Virus record (IMG/VR): IMGVR_UViG_3300020469_000001
Coordinates: 41,273 to 105,272 of that record
From: a virus
Length of the DNA stretch: 64,000 bases
Strand: one strand, 5' to 3'
Shown here in pieces: positions 45,561 through 56,003 of the stretch. The notes below the pieces were generated by a model. That model searched no databases. It was not told the DNA's origin and worked only from the letters and a program-made list of their open reading frames with translations. The stretch's first letter is position 1; every line of letters begins with the position of its first letter. The translations under genes were made by a program, and so were the position numbers.

Positions 45561-47814
45561 TGTAGCAATAATAGAAAAGACAATGTCAAGTACTAACTAT
45601 GATAAGTACTTTGACTTTGAGCATGACAGATTTGCGTTATGTTCAGATAGTTCAAAACAGAAAATTTTGAAAAGAGATGTTGATATTGAAATCGATATCG
45701 ATTCGTACGAATGGCTCATTCTTGTAGGTTCAGAGCCTTTCAAACATTTCACTAAAAAGACATCAATAACAGAGTACAATGGAAAAATAATTGATGATAG
45801 ATTTTTGGCTTTGATAAACCCTGCAATGATTAAGTTCAGACCAGAGGCAAAGAAGTCATTCGAGGAAGCCGTTGAGAGTATATCGGGATATGTAAGCGGA
45901 GAGCTTACACAGAAATCCTTAGGCGAAGATAGATGCTTTGGTATACAAGATTCAGAACAGCTTCATGCGTACCTACAAGATGCGCTAGACCATCCAAATG
46001 ATTTCGTTGCACTTGACTCCGAGACATCAGCACTATATTGCCGTGATGGCTATATGCTTGGTTTCTCTATGTCATACAAAAAAGAACATGGTGTATATGT
46101 AGATACAGAGTGTATAGATGAAAAAGCAGAACAAATGATGCAAACACTATTCAGCAAGAAACGAGTTGTATTTCACAACAGTAAGTTTGACTTGCAGTGG
46201 TTTGAGTATCATTTCAACTTTGAGTTTCCACACTTTGAAGATACTATGCTTATGCACTATATGTTTGACGAGAATCCTGGTACGCATGGTTTGAAACAAC
46301 TTGCTATTAAGCATACAGACTATGGAGATTACGAGGCAGAACTCGACAACTATATCAAAGATTATTTGAAACGCACAGGAATACTTAAAGCTAGTTTCAG
46401 TTATGATTTGATACCCTTTGAGGTAATGAAGAACTATGCTGCAATGGATGCTGTAGTTACTTTCTTATTGTTTGAAAAATTTGAGAGTGCTATATTGAAG
46501 AATGAAAAACTATATTGGGTTTACAAGAATATTCTTATAGAGGGTGTTCGATTCTTAAAAGATGTAGAATCCAATGGCGTACCTTTTGATAAGACTCGAC
46601 TAGAGTTTGGGCAAAAGAGAATGGGAGAAGATATACAAGCTGCAGTTGATGCACTTCAAGCTTTCCCAGAGGTCAAAGCATTTATAGCTGCAAAGGGTGG
46701 GTTCAATCCTAACTCTACAGTTCAATTACGAAGTCTATTGTTTGACTACATAGGCTTAGCCCCAACGGGTAAGAAAACGGGTACTGGTGCTGATAGTACT
46801 GATGCGGAAGTATTGGGTATACTAGCAGAACAACACGAAGTACCAAAACACATTCTTGAAATTCGTCAAAAGGTTAAAATTAAGAATACATATCTTGATA
46901 AAATTATACCTAACTTGGACAAGGACAGGCGACTTAGGACGAATTTCAACCTTCATGGTACAACTTCGGGCAGACTTTCATCAAGTGGTAAACTAAACAT
47001 GCAACAGCTTCCAAGAGACAATCCTACAGTAAAGGGTTGTATCAAGGCAAAGGCGGGTCATAAGATAGTTGCCATGGACTTGACAACCGCAGAAGTATAT
47101 TGTGCGGCTGTACTTGCAAATGATAAAGGTCTAATGAATGTGTTTAAGTCTGGAGGAAACTTCCATAGTACGATTGCAAAGCAAGTGTTCAGACTTCCTT
47201 GTGAAGTAGAACAAGTTGCAGAGTTATATGGAGACAAAAGACAACAAGCGAAGGCAGTTACCTTTGGTATCATGTACGGAGCTGGCCCGAAGAAAATTAG
47301 TGAGCAGGTAACTAAGGATAGTGGAAGTGTATTTAGTATGCAAGAAGCTCAATATGTTATCAAAGATTACTTTGAGGCTTTCCCTAAACTGCGAGAATGG
47401 TTGAACAACATGCAGAAGTTCATTCAAGCAAATGGTTTCATTTATTCTCATTTCGGAAGAAAGAGAAGATTACCAAATGTATTCTCGCAAGACAAGGGAA
47501 TCGCTGCTCACGAAGTAAGGTCTGGAGTAAATGCACTTGTGCAGTCTGTATCATCTGACATCAACTTGCTTGGTGCGATAGATACACAGAAGTATATTCG
47601 TAAGACTGGCATGAAAGCAAAAATATTTGCGCTAGTGCATGACTCCATACTTGCTGAAGTTCCAGAAGATGAGATAGAACTATATAGTGCTAAACTAAAA
47701 GAGTTTATTCAGAAAGATAGAGGACTGTCAATACCTGACGCCCCTGTTGGATGTGACTTTGATGTTGCTGATGATTACTCACTAGGTAAGTTTGAGAAAT
47801 TATACGGACTATGA
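45553..47814 (+). CDS. family A DNA polymerase (T5-like)
   Basis: DSET exonuclease motif, TSGRLSS, DLTTAE, RQQAKAVTFGIMYG, VHDS. Confidence 0.95.
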   Translation: MANVAIIEKTMSSTNYDKYFDFEHDRFALCSDSSKQKILKRDVDIEIDIDSYEWLILVGSEPFKHFTKKTSITEYNGKIIDDRFLALINPAMIKFRPEAKKSFEEAVESISGYVSGELTQKSLGEDRCFGIQDSEQLHAYLQDALDHPNDFVALDSETSALYCRDGYMLGFSMSYKKEHGVYVDTECIDEKAEQMMQTLFSKKRVVFHNSKFDLQWFEYHFNFEFPHFEDTMLMHYMFDENPGTHGLKQLAIKHTDYGDYEAELDNYIKDYLKRTGILKASFSYDLIPFEVMKNYAAMDAVVTFLLFEKFESAILKNEKLYWVYKNILIEGVRFLKDVESNGVPFDKTRLEFGQKRMGEDIQAAVDALQAFPEVKAFIAAKGGFNPNSTVQLRSLLFDYIGLAPTGKKTGTGADSTDAEVLGILAEQHEVPKHILEIRQKVKIKNTYLDKIIPNLDKDRRLRTNFNLHGTTSGRLSSSGKLNMQQLPRDNPTVKGCIKAKAGHKIVAMDLTTAEVYCAAVLANDKGLMNVFKSGGNFHSTIAKQVFRLPCEVEQVAELYGDKRQQAKAVTFGIMYGAGPKKISEQVTKDSGSVFSMQEAQYVIKDYFEAFPKLREWLNNMQKFIQANGFIYSHFGRKRRLPNVFSQDKGIAAHEVRSGVNALVQSVSSDINLLGAIDTQKYIRKTGMKAKIFALVHDSILAEVPEDEIELYSAKLKEFIQKDRGLSIPDAPVGCDFDVADDYSLGKFEKLYGL

Positions 47815-48302
47815 GTTTAGTTACAGTAATAAAGCACTATGATGAATTAACAACTGATGAACTTTATAGAGTTATTCAGTTGAGAATACAAGGTTTTATT
47901 GTAAGAAATGGAACTTGTTATCAAGATCTTGAAGCGCATTATGATAAAGAGCAGTGGTATATGATGACATATGACACAGTTCTTGGTATGCAACCGCAAG
48001 TTATGGTGGGCGTAAATGCATTGTGTACTAATAAAGTATTTACAGGGGATGATGGTACAGAGTATCGCTACCCTGCGTTTCGTAGACAATCGTGGGTTGA
48101 TGCCTACAAGGGTGGAGCATCAACCTATGACCTTACTATCGGTAAAGAGTTTTGTGAAAAACAATTCGATAGTCCTAACATGATGTGTGAAATAACATAT
48201 GAAAAAGGTAGAGATGTATTTTTAGATTTTGGTATGATAGAAGTAGGAACAAATGTAGACCCAGCAGGTAGAAGAAACTGGGTTTTTATCTATGAGGAAT
48301 AG
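47811..48302 (+). CDS. ElaA-like GNAT protein
   Basis: ELTTDELYRVIQLRIQGFIV...YQDL. Confidence 0.65.
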   Translation: MSLVTVIKHYDELTTDELYRVIQLRIQGFIVRNGTCYQDLEAHYDKEQWYMMTYDTVLGMQPQVMVGVNALCTNKVFTGDDGTEYRYPAFRRQSWVDAYKGGASTYDLTIGKEFCEKQFDSPNMMCEITYEKGRDVFLDFGMIEVGTNVDPAGRRNWVFIYEE

Positions 48303-48609
48303 TATGAAAAAATTTATTTTATGGGTAGTGGATTGTTGGAGATTAGTAATGGATAATAGATATAATCCATTGAAACATATTCCAGACCCTAGTTTACAAA
48401 TGTACTTCACATTAGTATTGTTTACAATGTGGTCAGTATATTTTGGAGCAGTCGCAACTTATTATATGGGTTGGTATGGATATAATACAGTAACAAGTAT
48501 AGTAGTTCATCTAGCCGTTTTGATTCCATTAGGATTTACAAATGCAATATTTTTAGATGCAGAAAGAGATGGCGCACAATGGTTGAAGGACTGGAGAAAC
48601 GACAAGTAA
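48292..48609 (+). CDS. membrane protein
   Basis: VMDNRYNPLKHIP plus two TM helices. Confidence 0.65.
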   Translation: MRNSMKKFILWVVDCWRLVMDNRYNPLKHIPDPSLQMYFTLVLFTMWSVYFGAVATYYMGWYGYNTVTSIVVHLAVLIPLGFTNAIFLDAERDGAQWLKDWRNDK

Positions 48610-49374
48610 GTGAAAGTATTGATATTTGGTCAGTCTGGTTCAGGCAAGACTACTCTATGTAAAAACATAGTCGATATAATGGGCGATAGAGTCGTTCATA
48701 TCAATGCGGATGAAGTTCGTAAAGAAGCAGATGATTGGGACTTTTCAGAACAAGGTCGTTGGAGACAGTTTAGAAGAATGTTGAACAAGGCAAATGCTGT
48801 ATCAGAAAGTGGTAAAGTTGCCTTAGTAGATTTTATATGCCCATACAAGTCAGGTCGAGAGCAGTTTGATGCCGACCTGATTATTTTTATGTCAACAGTA
48901 GTGAATGGTAAGTATGAAGATACTAACAAGATATTTGAATGGCCGCACTGGAGTGAGTATGACTTCGATATACATGAGTGGGATGATGACGATCCTGTTG
49001 ATGTATGTTGGACTATAGGTAAAAGATTATGGCAAGATGATATGCCAACAGTACAAATGCTTGGTAGGTGGCAACCATGGCATGAGGGACACCAAGCCCT
49101 GCTAGATAGATGTCTAGAGAAAGCGCCACAAGTAGATATACAAATAAGAACAATGCCTTGGGGTGACAATAACCCCTTTAGTGTACATGAAGTACAAACA
49201 AATTTAAGAAACAAACTAGCACATCTAGCTGGTATAGTATCAATATCCATAGTGCCAAATATAGTAAATATTACATATGGCAGAAAAGTAGGGTATACTA
49301 TAGAACAAGAACATTTTGAGAAAGAAATTGAAAACATTAGCGCAACAAAAATACGAAATAATACAACCGATTAG
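48610..49374 (+). CDS. adenylyl-sulfate kinase-like domain fused to a nucleotidyltransferase domain
   Basis: GQSGSGKTT, NADEVR, DFS..GR, DFICP; C-terminal GRWQPWHEGH and ISATKIR. Confidence 0.8.
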   Translation: MKVLIFGQSGSGKTTLCKNIVDIMGDRVVHINADEVRKEADDWDFSEQGRWRQFRRMLNKANAVSESGKVALVDFICPYKSGREQFDADLIIFMSTVVNGKYEDTNKIFEWPHWSEYDFDIHEWDDDDPVDVCWTIGKRLWQDDMPTVQMLGRWQPWHEGHQALLDRCLEKAPQVDIQIRTMPWGDNNPFSVHEVQTNLRNKLAHLAGIVSISIVPNIVNITYGRKVGYTIEQEHFEKEIENISATKIRNNTTD

Positions 49375-49876
49375 TTTCAGAGCTGATGTTGAATATTTAT
49401 TGGATAAAGCAAATAAACTAAAAAAGAAAGACTATACACATAAAGATGGGACAAAAGTTCCCAACTATAAGTTTGCACATTACCATGATGATGAAATAGA
49501 AGGCTTCCTAGAAACTATGCCTTTTCTCTCAAAGTGTAAATACAGAACAAGTTTTGTCTGGCTTACTAAGAATAGTGTATTGCCATGGCATACAGACAAG
49601 AATAATAAGTGTACTATAATATGGTCACTTGCAGGTGGGTGGGATAACTCAACTACATACTTTAGACATCCAAGTCAGACTGGTGGCAACAGAGGAGACC
49701 ATGATAGAAAGTGGGTATACAAAGATGCTTTAATAGATACACAGATAGAACATAAAGTAAAAGTTAGAAAAGAAGATAAAATTATGTTTAAAATATCTAT
49801 AATTGATAAGGACTTCCAATGGTTAGTCAAAGAGTGGGAAACTTGCTATAAAGGATTTAAGATAAGTCGTGATTAA
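49316..49876 (+). CDS. oxygenase-fold hypothetical protein
   Basis: LPWHTD...H motif. Confidence 0.55.
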   Translation: MRKKLKTLAQQKYEIIQPISFRADVEYLLDKANKLKKKDYTHKDGTKVPNYKFAHYHDDEIEGFLETMPFLSKCKYRTSFVWLTKNSVLPWHTDKNNKCTIIWSLAGGWDNSTTYFRHPSQTGGNRGDHDRKWVYKDALIDTQIEHKVKVRKEDKIMFKISIIDKDFQWLVKEWETCYKGFKISRD

Positions 49877-50333
49877 ATTTCCAGCATACATACTTTCAGA
49901 CGAGCCAGAAGAGATAGATGGATTAGTATTGATTGGCGACCAGATAGTAGACGATAGAAATATGACTGGTAAAACACTAGGAATGAGAAGATTACAAAGC
50001 CCTATGAAAAGTATCTATCCGCTTCGTTATCAGATTGATGATGAAATAGGAATGATGAAACATAGAGGCAAACATTTCATAGATACAAATGGAGTGTATT
50101 GGTACAATGAGAAAACAGGAACTGCCCAACTCAAATATCATAAAATAAGAAAAGTAGAAAAGAAAGATATTGCCACAGTTGTGTGGTTAAAGGATGTTCC
50201 TTTCCCTTTTGTAGAGGCACGACCTCCGCAAGAAGGTAACTCATGGGCAGGAGTTTTGTACAAGAAAGGAATACCATGGAAGATATGGGAATACTGTGAG
50301 GAGCAGAAGAAAGATACATGGCGGAAAATTTAG
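49869..50333 (+). CDS. conserved T5-like hypothetical protein
   Basis: DDRN..G.TLG.RRL motif; lies between pol and D10. Confidence 0.65.
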   Translation: MIKFPAYILSDEPEEIDGLVLIGDQIVDDRNMTGKTLGMRRLQSPMKSIYPLRYQIDDEIGMMKHRGKHFIDTNGVYWYNEKTGTAQLKYHKIRKVEKKDIATVVWLKDVPFPFVEARPPQEGNSWAGVLYKKGIPWKIWEYCEEQKKDTWRKI

Positions 50334-50524
50334 TTATATTCTACAAGGCAATAACTTGGAGAATAATAGCAACAACAATAACATTTTTAATCGCTTGGGC
50401 AATACTCGGCAAAATCGAGTATGCGGCAGGCATAGCCTGGCTTGATATGTTAGTCAAGCTAGTAGCATATATGGGGCATGAAAAGATATGGTTATCAATA
50501 TCGAAAAACTCAAAAGTAAGTTAG
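50318..50524 (+). CDS. DUF2061-like membrane protein
   Basis: KAITWRIIAT...YMGHEKIW. Confidence 0.75.
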   Translation: MAENLVIFYKAITWRIIATTITFLIAWAILGKIEYAAGIAWLDMLVKLVAYMGHEKIWLSISKNSKVS

Positions 50525-50730
50525 AAACAAATATAGTATTAATCACATTTGAAAGTTTAAAGTCTGGCAAAGTATATTCCAGAGAGTACACTTTAAATGA
50601 GAAATACATGGAAGTTCCTAATCATATAAAAAATCAAAGTGGAGATACTTTGATATGTTATGATGTAGAATTTAAAAAGTGGGAAGACTTACAACTTTAC
50701 ACTATACAACAATTTAAAGTAGTACAATGA
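50488..50730 (+). CDS. hypothetical protein
   Basis: ORF track. Confidence 0.6.
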   Translation: MVINIEKLKSKLETNIVLITFESLKSGKVYSREYTLNEKYMEVPNHIKNQSGDTLICYDVEFKKWEDLQLYTIQQFKVVQ

Positions 50731-51233
50731 TAATGGTTATTAATAATTTCTTTACGGATGAACAGTGTGCCTTTTGGCGCTCTTACTGTTCTTTTGCTAG
50801 TAATAATGATAGTTTAGAAGTAGCATTAAAAGTACAAGAAGTGCCACAAAAAGTAGATAGAAATTATTACACCTTACTAAGTAAATATAACTTTATGGAT
50901 GAAGTAAAGTATCTTGCAGAGAAAAATTTTAAGAAAAAGTTATATTTTCAAAAAAGAAACTATGGACATATAATGCATTATCACACTCCTGGACAAGGAT
51001 TGAGGTGGCATGCAGAACCTAATATTAGTACTGTATCAGTATCTATCAACATATCAGAAGAATATGAAGGTGCTGAATTACAGTTTAGACAAGAAGATTT
51101 ACAACTGCCATATAAAAGCGCAGTATTTTACGATAGTAACTTGGCACACAGAGTCAGTCCTCTTACGAGTGGTGAAAAGATGAGTATAGTTATGTGGCTA
51201 CCAAATAAGGAACAATTATGTGTGGATTCGTAG
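50727..51233 (+). CDS. 2OG-Fe(II) oxygenase
   Basis: WHAE, YEGAEL, HRVSPL.SG.K. Confidence 0.8.
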   Translation: MIMVINNFFTDEQCAFWRSYCSFASNNDSLEVALKVQEVPQKVDRNYYTLLSKYNFMDEVKYLAEKNFKKKLYFQKRNYGHIMHYHTPGQGLRWHAEPNISTVSVSINISEEYEGAELQFRQEDLQLPYKSAVFYDSNLAHRVSPLTSGEKMSIVMWLPNKEQLCVDS

Positions 51234-52726
51234 TAACAACTAGAAGGCATGATATAGAATACATGACCATGAGACAGAAACATCGTGGTCCAACAGATAC
51301 AGGTTACTATAAAGATGGTAGGTTTGCTTACGGGCATGTTTTACTTGATGTAAATGGAGAGCATCAAGTACAACCTTACAAAACAAAGAAAGGAAATATT
51401 CTAGTATTCAATGGAGAAATGTATGATTCTAATGTTAGTAATGATACAGCTTTTCTAGGAAATGGGCTAGATTTATTCGGATATAGATTTATTGGAAGCA
51501 CTGACTTTCATGGCTCGTTTGTATATCACAATAAACAAACAAATAAATTAATCATAGTACGAGATCACTTTGGGGCAAAACCTTTGTGGATTTATAAGAA
51601 AGGTAATGATATTACTGTTAGTACTAGTTTGAGAAGTATATATTGGAAAGAAACTAATAAAGATGAATATAATATGTACATGCACAACCCTTTATGGTTA
51701 GGAACAAAGTCTCCATATAAAGATATAATTAAAGTTGCTCCTGGTCAAATGTGGATTTATGATTTAAAGACAAACAAAATGGAACAAAAGAATCTATGGG
51801 CAAATATGAGAATTGGGTCAAAGGAAATAGACTTGGCAGAGTTCAAAGAAAACTGTATCAATGGAATAAAAAAGGTTGCAAAGAATAAACAAAAAACAGC
51901 ATTATTCCTTAGTGGAGGATTAGATAGTACTTGTGCACTAGGTGTGCTCAAAGAAGAAGATTTGAACTTGACTGCGTACATCTGTAATTATGGTAAGGGT
52001 GGAGAGCTTTTTCACGATCATGATGGATTTAGAAATGAGGCAAGAATGGCAGTACAAACTTGTCAAGAGTGGGGAGTTCCTTATAAAGTTGTAAATCTAA
52101 ACTATGAATCTTTACATCACTATCATAGAATGTGGTTAGCACATACACACTATCCTTGGGTAGATAGAAATAGAACAGCTCCTAGATTTGCACTGTGTAA
52201 AGCGGCAAGTCGTGACGGGTGTAAAGTAGTTCTAACTGGAGATAGTGCCGATGAATTATTTACAGGATATCAACATCATGATAGATACTATGATGATGAA
52301 TATAATAAAGAAACAATAGAACAATATTCTACAAGACAACAGTGGATTCCAAGACAGATATTTAGTGAAACAGACCACAAGAATAATGCTTTATGGTATG
52401 ATTTAGTGAGTACATCAGAACAAAATATACTGACAACTGACCAAACCTGCGGTATGTGGGGATTAGAAAGCAGACCAGTATTTTTATCACAAAGTTTTGT
52501 AAGATACATGATAGGTATAGAAAGCGGAGTAAAATTCACTAAGCATCGTAAGTATCAGTTAGGGACATATAAGTATCTATTAAGAGAAGTTATGGCGGAC
52601 TATTTACCAAATCATGTCCGTAACAGAATGAACAAAACAGGGTGGTCATCCCCTTGGGATAATAACCATCCAGAGTTGACTAAGCTATGGAAGCTACAAG
52701 ATTTGGAATTTATTGCAAACTTATGA
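51218..52726 (+). CDS. asparagine synthase-like glutamine amidotransferase
   Basis: MCG, HRGP, FNGEMY, RDHFGAKPL, LSGGLDS, TGDSADELF. Confidence 0.9.
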   Translation: MCGFVVTTRRHDIEYMTMRQKHRGPTDTGYYKDGRFAYGHVLLDVNGEHQVQPYKTKKGNILVFNGEMYDSNVSNDTAFLGNGLDLFGYRFIGSTDFHGSFVYHNKQTNKLIIVRDHFGAKPLWIYKKGNDITVSTSLRSIYWKETNKDEYNMYMHNPLWLGTKSPYKDIIKVAPGQMWIYDLKTNKMEQKNLWANMRIGSKEIDLAEFKENCINGIKKVAKNKQKTALFLSGGLDSTCALGVLKEEDLNLTAYICNYGKGGELFHDHDGFRNEARMAVQTCQEWGVPYKVVNLNYESLHHYHRMWLAHTHYPWVDRNRTAPRFALCKAASRDGCKVVLTGDSADELFTGYQHHDRYYDDEYNKETIEQYSTRQQWIPRQIFSETDHKNNALWYDLVSTSEQNILTTDQTCGMWGLESRPVFLSQSFVRYMIGIESGVKFTKHRKYQLGTYKYLLREVMADYLPNHVRNRMNKTGWSSPWDNNHPELTKLWKLQDLEFIANL

Positions 52727-54003
52727 AGGCAGTATACTCTAACAGAATCTATCTTTCTGTAGATACAAAAACAAGTTCGGATATCGAAAAGGAGCTTACA
52801 TATACAATAGCACCGCGTATTCCGACTGACCCACCTATCGTGTTCAAAACAATACGATGGATAAAAGAGGGATTGATTTCCATACCAATGGGTAGAGAGG
52901 ATTTAGTCCCATCAGATTACGAGATTATCGACAAGCGAGTAACATCGCCAGTCGAACTACCTGACTTTGCGTACACTTTACGACCTTCCCAGCAGAAGGT
53001 ACATGACGAGGTACAAGACAATGCGATAGTTAACGCATGGGTAAGTTGGGGAAAGACAATAACGGCTTTGGCTATAGCTAAGAAGTTAGGTCAGAAAACA
53101 TTAGTTGTTACCCACACAACTAACTTAAGAAATCAGTGGGAAAAAGACGTACAAAATTGTTTTGGAATACAAGCAGGGAGAATCGGGTCAGGTAGCTTTG
53201 ATACTTCGTCCCCAATCGTTGTCGGGAATATCCAAAGTTTGTACCGAAAAATGGACGACATCAAACAAGTTTTCGGAACTGTGATTTTAGACGAGATGCA
53301 CCATGTTAGTAGTCCGACTTTTACTCGGATTGTTGATGAAATGCCTTGTCGTTATAAGATAGGTTTGACAGGAACACTAGAAAGAAAGGATGGACGCCAT
53401 GTGGTTTTTAGAGATTACTTTGGTCACAATGTAATGAAACCACCAAAAGAAAATTACATGACTCCTAGGATTGATGTAATTAAGTCCGAGATACGCTTCC
53501 TTGATGGTGCGTATACGCCTTGGGCAGAAAGAATAAATCATCTTGCATTTAATGAGGAATATGTTCATAGTGTAAGTATGATTGCTGCAAAATATGCCGC
53601 ACAAGGACACAAAGTTTTAGTAGTGTCTGACAGAGTAGCTTTTCTAAAGGCATGCTCTGAATTGTGTGGCGATAAAGCAGTTTCCATAACAGGAGATATG
53701 GAGTTTGCTGAAAGAGATAAAGTAATGAATCAAATAAAGAAAGATAAAAATATTTTGTTTGGTACACAGTCTATATTCTCAGAAGGCATATCATTGAACG
53801 ATTTAAGTTGTTTAGTGTTGGGTACACCAATAAATAATGACCCTCTGCTAACACAGCTAATCGGTAGAGTAATAAGAGAGAAGGAAGGAAAACAACAACC
53901 TGTGGTTGTAGACATTCATCTCAAAGGAAAAACGGCAGCCCGTCAAGCAAATGCAAGACTGGGCTACTACATGAAACAAGATTACGAGGTAAATATACTA
54001 TGA
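52723..54003 (+). CDS. SF2 helicase (T5 D10-like)
   Basis: WGKT, DEMHH, GLTGT, QLIGRV. Confidence 0.9.
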   Translation: MKAVYSNRIYLSVDTKTSSDIEKELTYTIAPRIPTDPPIVFKTIRWIKEGLISIPMGREDLVPSDYEIIDKRVTSPVELPDFAYTLRPSQQKVHDEVQDNAIVNAWVSWGKTITALAIAKKLGQKTLVVTHTTNLRNQWEKDVQNCFGIQAGRIGSGSFDTSSPIVVGNIQSLYRKMDDIKQVFGTVILDEMHHVSSPTFTRIVDEMPCRYKIGLTGTLERKDGRHVVFRDYFGHNVMKPPKENYMTPRIDVIKSEIRFLDGAYTPWAERINHLAFNEEYVHSVSMIAAKYAAQGHKVLVVSDRVAFLKACSELCGDKAVSITGDMEFAERDKVMNQIKKDKNILFGTQSIFSEGISLNDLSCLVLGTPINNDPLLTQLIGRVIREKEGKQQPVVVDIHLKGKTAARQANARLGYYMKQDYEVNIL

Positions 54004-54950
54004 GTAATGAAAAAACAATACAGTTAAATATTGAGGAAATGCGCAAGAATAAAGTATTTCTTGCTACACCTATGTATGGTGGTATGTGCAATGGACTTTA
54101 TACTAAGTCTTTAATGGACACTACTGCAGTATGTATGAATCACGGATTGCAGTTGCAAATTTACTATATGTTTAACGAATCACTTATTACTAGAGCTAGA
54201 AACTATTGTGTTGCTAACTTTCTTAAAAGTGATGCAGAGTACCTACTTTTTGTAGATAGCGATATAGCTTGGAATGCAATGGACTTACTTTATATGTGGC
54301 ATTTACTTGCTACAAGAAAGGAAGAATTAAAAGTTTTCTGTGCATTATATCCTAAGAAAACTATTGCATGGGAGAAAGTACTTAGAGCAGCAAAAACAGG
54401 GTTATATGACGAAGACCCTATGGCACTAGAAAAAGTTGCAGGAGATATGGTGTTTAATCCTTTACCAGATGAGCATCCAGATGGGCAAGCCCCTATCTAC
54501 GAACCTGTAAAAATAAAAGAAGGTGCAACAGGATTTATGTTTATACATAGGTCTGTCTTTGAAGAATATGACCAGCATCACCCTGAAAGACTATACACTC
54601 CTGACCATATAAGAGAAGGAGAGTTTGAGACTGGTGAGCAAATAATGGCATACTTTGATTGCATAATCAATGAACAGAACAGATATCTTAGTGAAGATTA
54701 TATGTTCTCTGAAACTGTAAGAAATTTTGGAGTAGACATATGGTGTTTACCTATGATAGAATTAATGCACTGCGGCAGTCACATATTTCAAGGTAAATTG
54801 ATTGATATGGCTCAGGCAGGAGTACACGCAACTTTAGATCCTGACGATGTTGGTAAGGTACATAAGCGGAAGTTAGGCACGTTGCCACAAACACCTGCTC
54901 CTGACCAAGCAACAGCAGATAGTAATAAAGCTGAGAAAAATAGTTCTTGA
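54000..54950 (+). CDS. glycosyltransferase-like protein (GT-A fold)
   Basis: ATPMYGG, ESLITRARN, FVDSD, TGFMFI, LSEDY. Confidence 0.7.
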   Translation: MSNEKTIQLNIEEMRKNKVFLATPMYGGMCNGLYTKSLMDTTAVCMNHGLQLQIYYMFNESLITRARNYCVANFLKSDAEYLLFVDSDIAWNAMDLLYMWHLLATRKEELKVFCALYPKKTIAWEKVLRAAKTGLYDEDPMALEKVAGDMVFNPLPDEHPDGQAPIYEPVKIKEGATGFMFIHRSVFEEYDQHHPERLYTPDHIREGEFETGEQIMAYFDCIINEQNRYLSEDYMFSETVRNFGVDIWCLPMIELMHCGSHIFQGKLIDMAQAGVHATLDPDDVGKVHKRKLGTLPQTPAPDQATADSNKAEKNSS

Positions 54951-54975
54951 CACGAGTTTGAAAATTTGTTATAAT

Positions 54976-55368
54976 ATGTTGTTATTTGATTGGAATAAGA
55001 TTGTAAAAGTAAGCAAAGGGAATGTTGGTGACATCATTCAGATCCTTCGTATTATAACTTACAAGATTCAACCAAAAAACTACTATGATAAAACATTTAA
55101 GTTTTACAAGTACAAGTTCGGAGGCAAGTCTTATCTTCTTAACCCAAAAGATTTACTTGAACGAGGACGAGCATACAGTGATAAAGAGGTAGCAGAATAT
55201 GCAGGTGTCGCATCATTCCGCAACTATCACAACTATGTTAATACAAAAGACACCACACTAGATCATTTGATGTGTCCAATATCAGATGATATAATTAATA
55301 ATAACAGACTGCTTGAAGTGAAAGATGGACGGGTACACTTTCTTTTCGAGGAGACATTAGGAGAATAA
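54976..55368 (+). CDS. conserved T5-like hypothetical protein
   Basis: LFDW...AEYAGVASFRNY...NRLL; precedes D11. Confidence 0.65.
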   Translation: MLLFDWNKIVKVSKGNVGDIIQILRIITYKIQPKNYYDKTFKFYKYKFGGKSYLLNPKDLLERGRAYSDKEVAEYAGVASFRNYHNYVNTKDTTLDHLMCPISDDIINNNRLLEVKDGRVHFLFEETLGE

Positions 55369-55370
55369 AA

Positions 55371-56003
55371 ATGGCAATTGGATTCAACCAAACCAAGGGC
55401 TCAGCCCAAAAAAATAAAATCGAAACCTATAACTATGCAGGTAAAGAAGATCATCATCTAAGAATGGTTGGTGACTTACTACCTAGATATGTCTATTGGA
55501 TTAAAGGAGAAAATGGCAAAAACATTCCTATGGAGTGCTTATCTTTTGACAGAAACTCTGAAACCTTTAACAACAAAGAACATGACCATGTTCGTGACTT
55601 TTACCCAGACTTAAAATGTGGATGGTCTTACGCTGTCCAGTGCATTGATTACGCTGATAAAACTGTTAAAGTTCTTAATCTAAAAAGAAAATTATTCGAC
55701 CAAGTTATAGTCGCCATGGAAGAGTTGGGAGACCCAACAGACCCAGTCACAGGATATGATATCCATTTCAAAAGAAAGAAGACTGGTCCACAGGTGTTCA
55801 ATGTCGAATATCAATTACAGGTTCTTAAGTGCAAACCAAGAGAACTAGATGACTGGGAGAAAGATCTAATGGCTGAATTAAAGTCAATGGATGATGTTTT
55901 ACCAAGACCAACTGCAGATGCACAGTTAGAGCTTCTTAGAAGAGTCAACGACTCAGGTAGTGAAACTCCTGAAGATGTATCAAGCGAATTTGACATATCA
56001 TGA
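55371..56003 (+). CDS. T5 D11-like ssDNA-binding protein
   Basis: LPRYVYW, ECLSFDR, KKTGP..NVEY; acidic tail. Confidence 0.8.
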   Translation: MAIGFNQTKGSAQKNKIETYNYAGKEDHHLRMVGDLLPRYVYWIKGENGKNIPMECLSFDRNSETFNNKEHDHVRDFYPDLKCGWSYAVQCIDYADKTVKVLNLKRKLFDQVIVAMEELGDPTDPVTGYDIHFKRKKTGPQVFNVEYQLQVLKCKPRELDDWEKDLMAELKSMDDVLPRPTADAQLELLRRVNDSGSETPEDVSSEFDIS

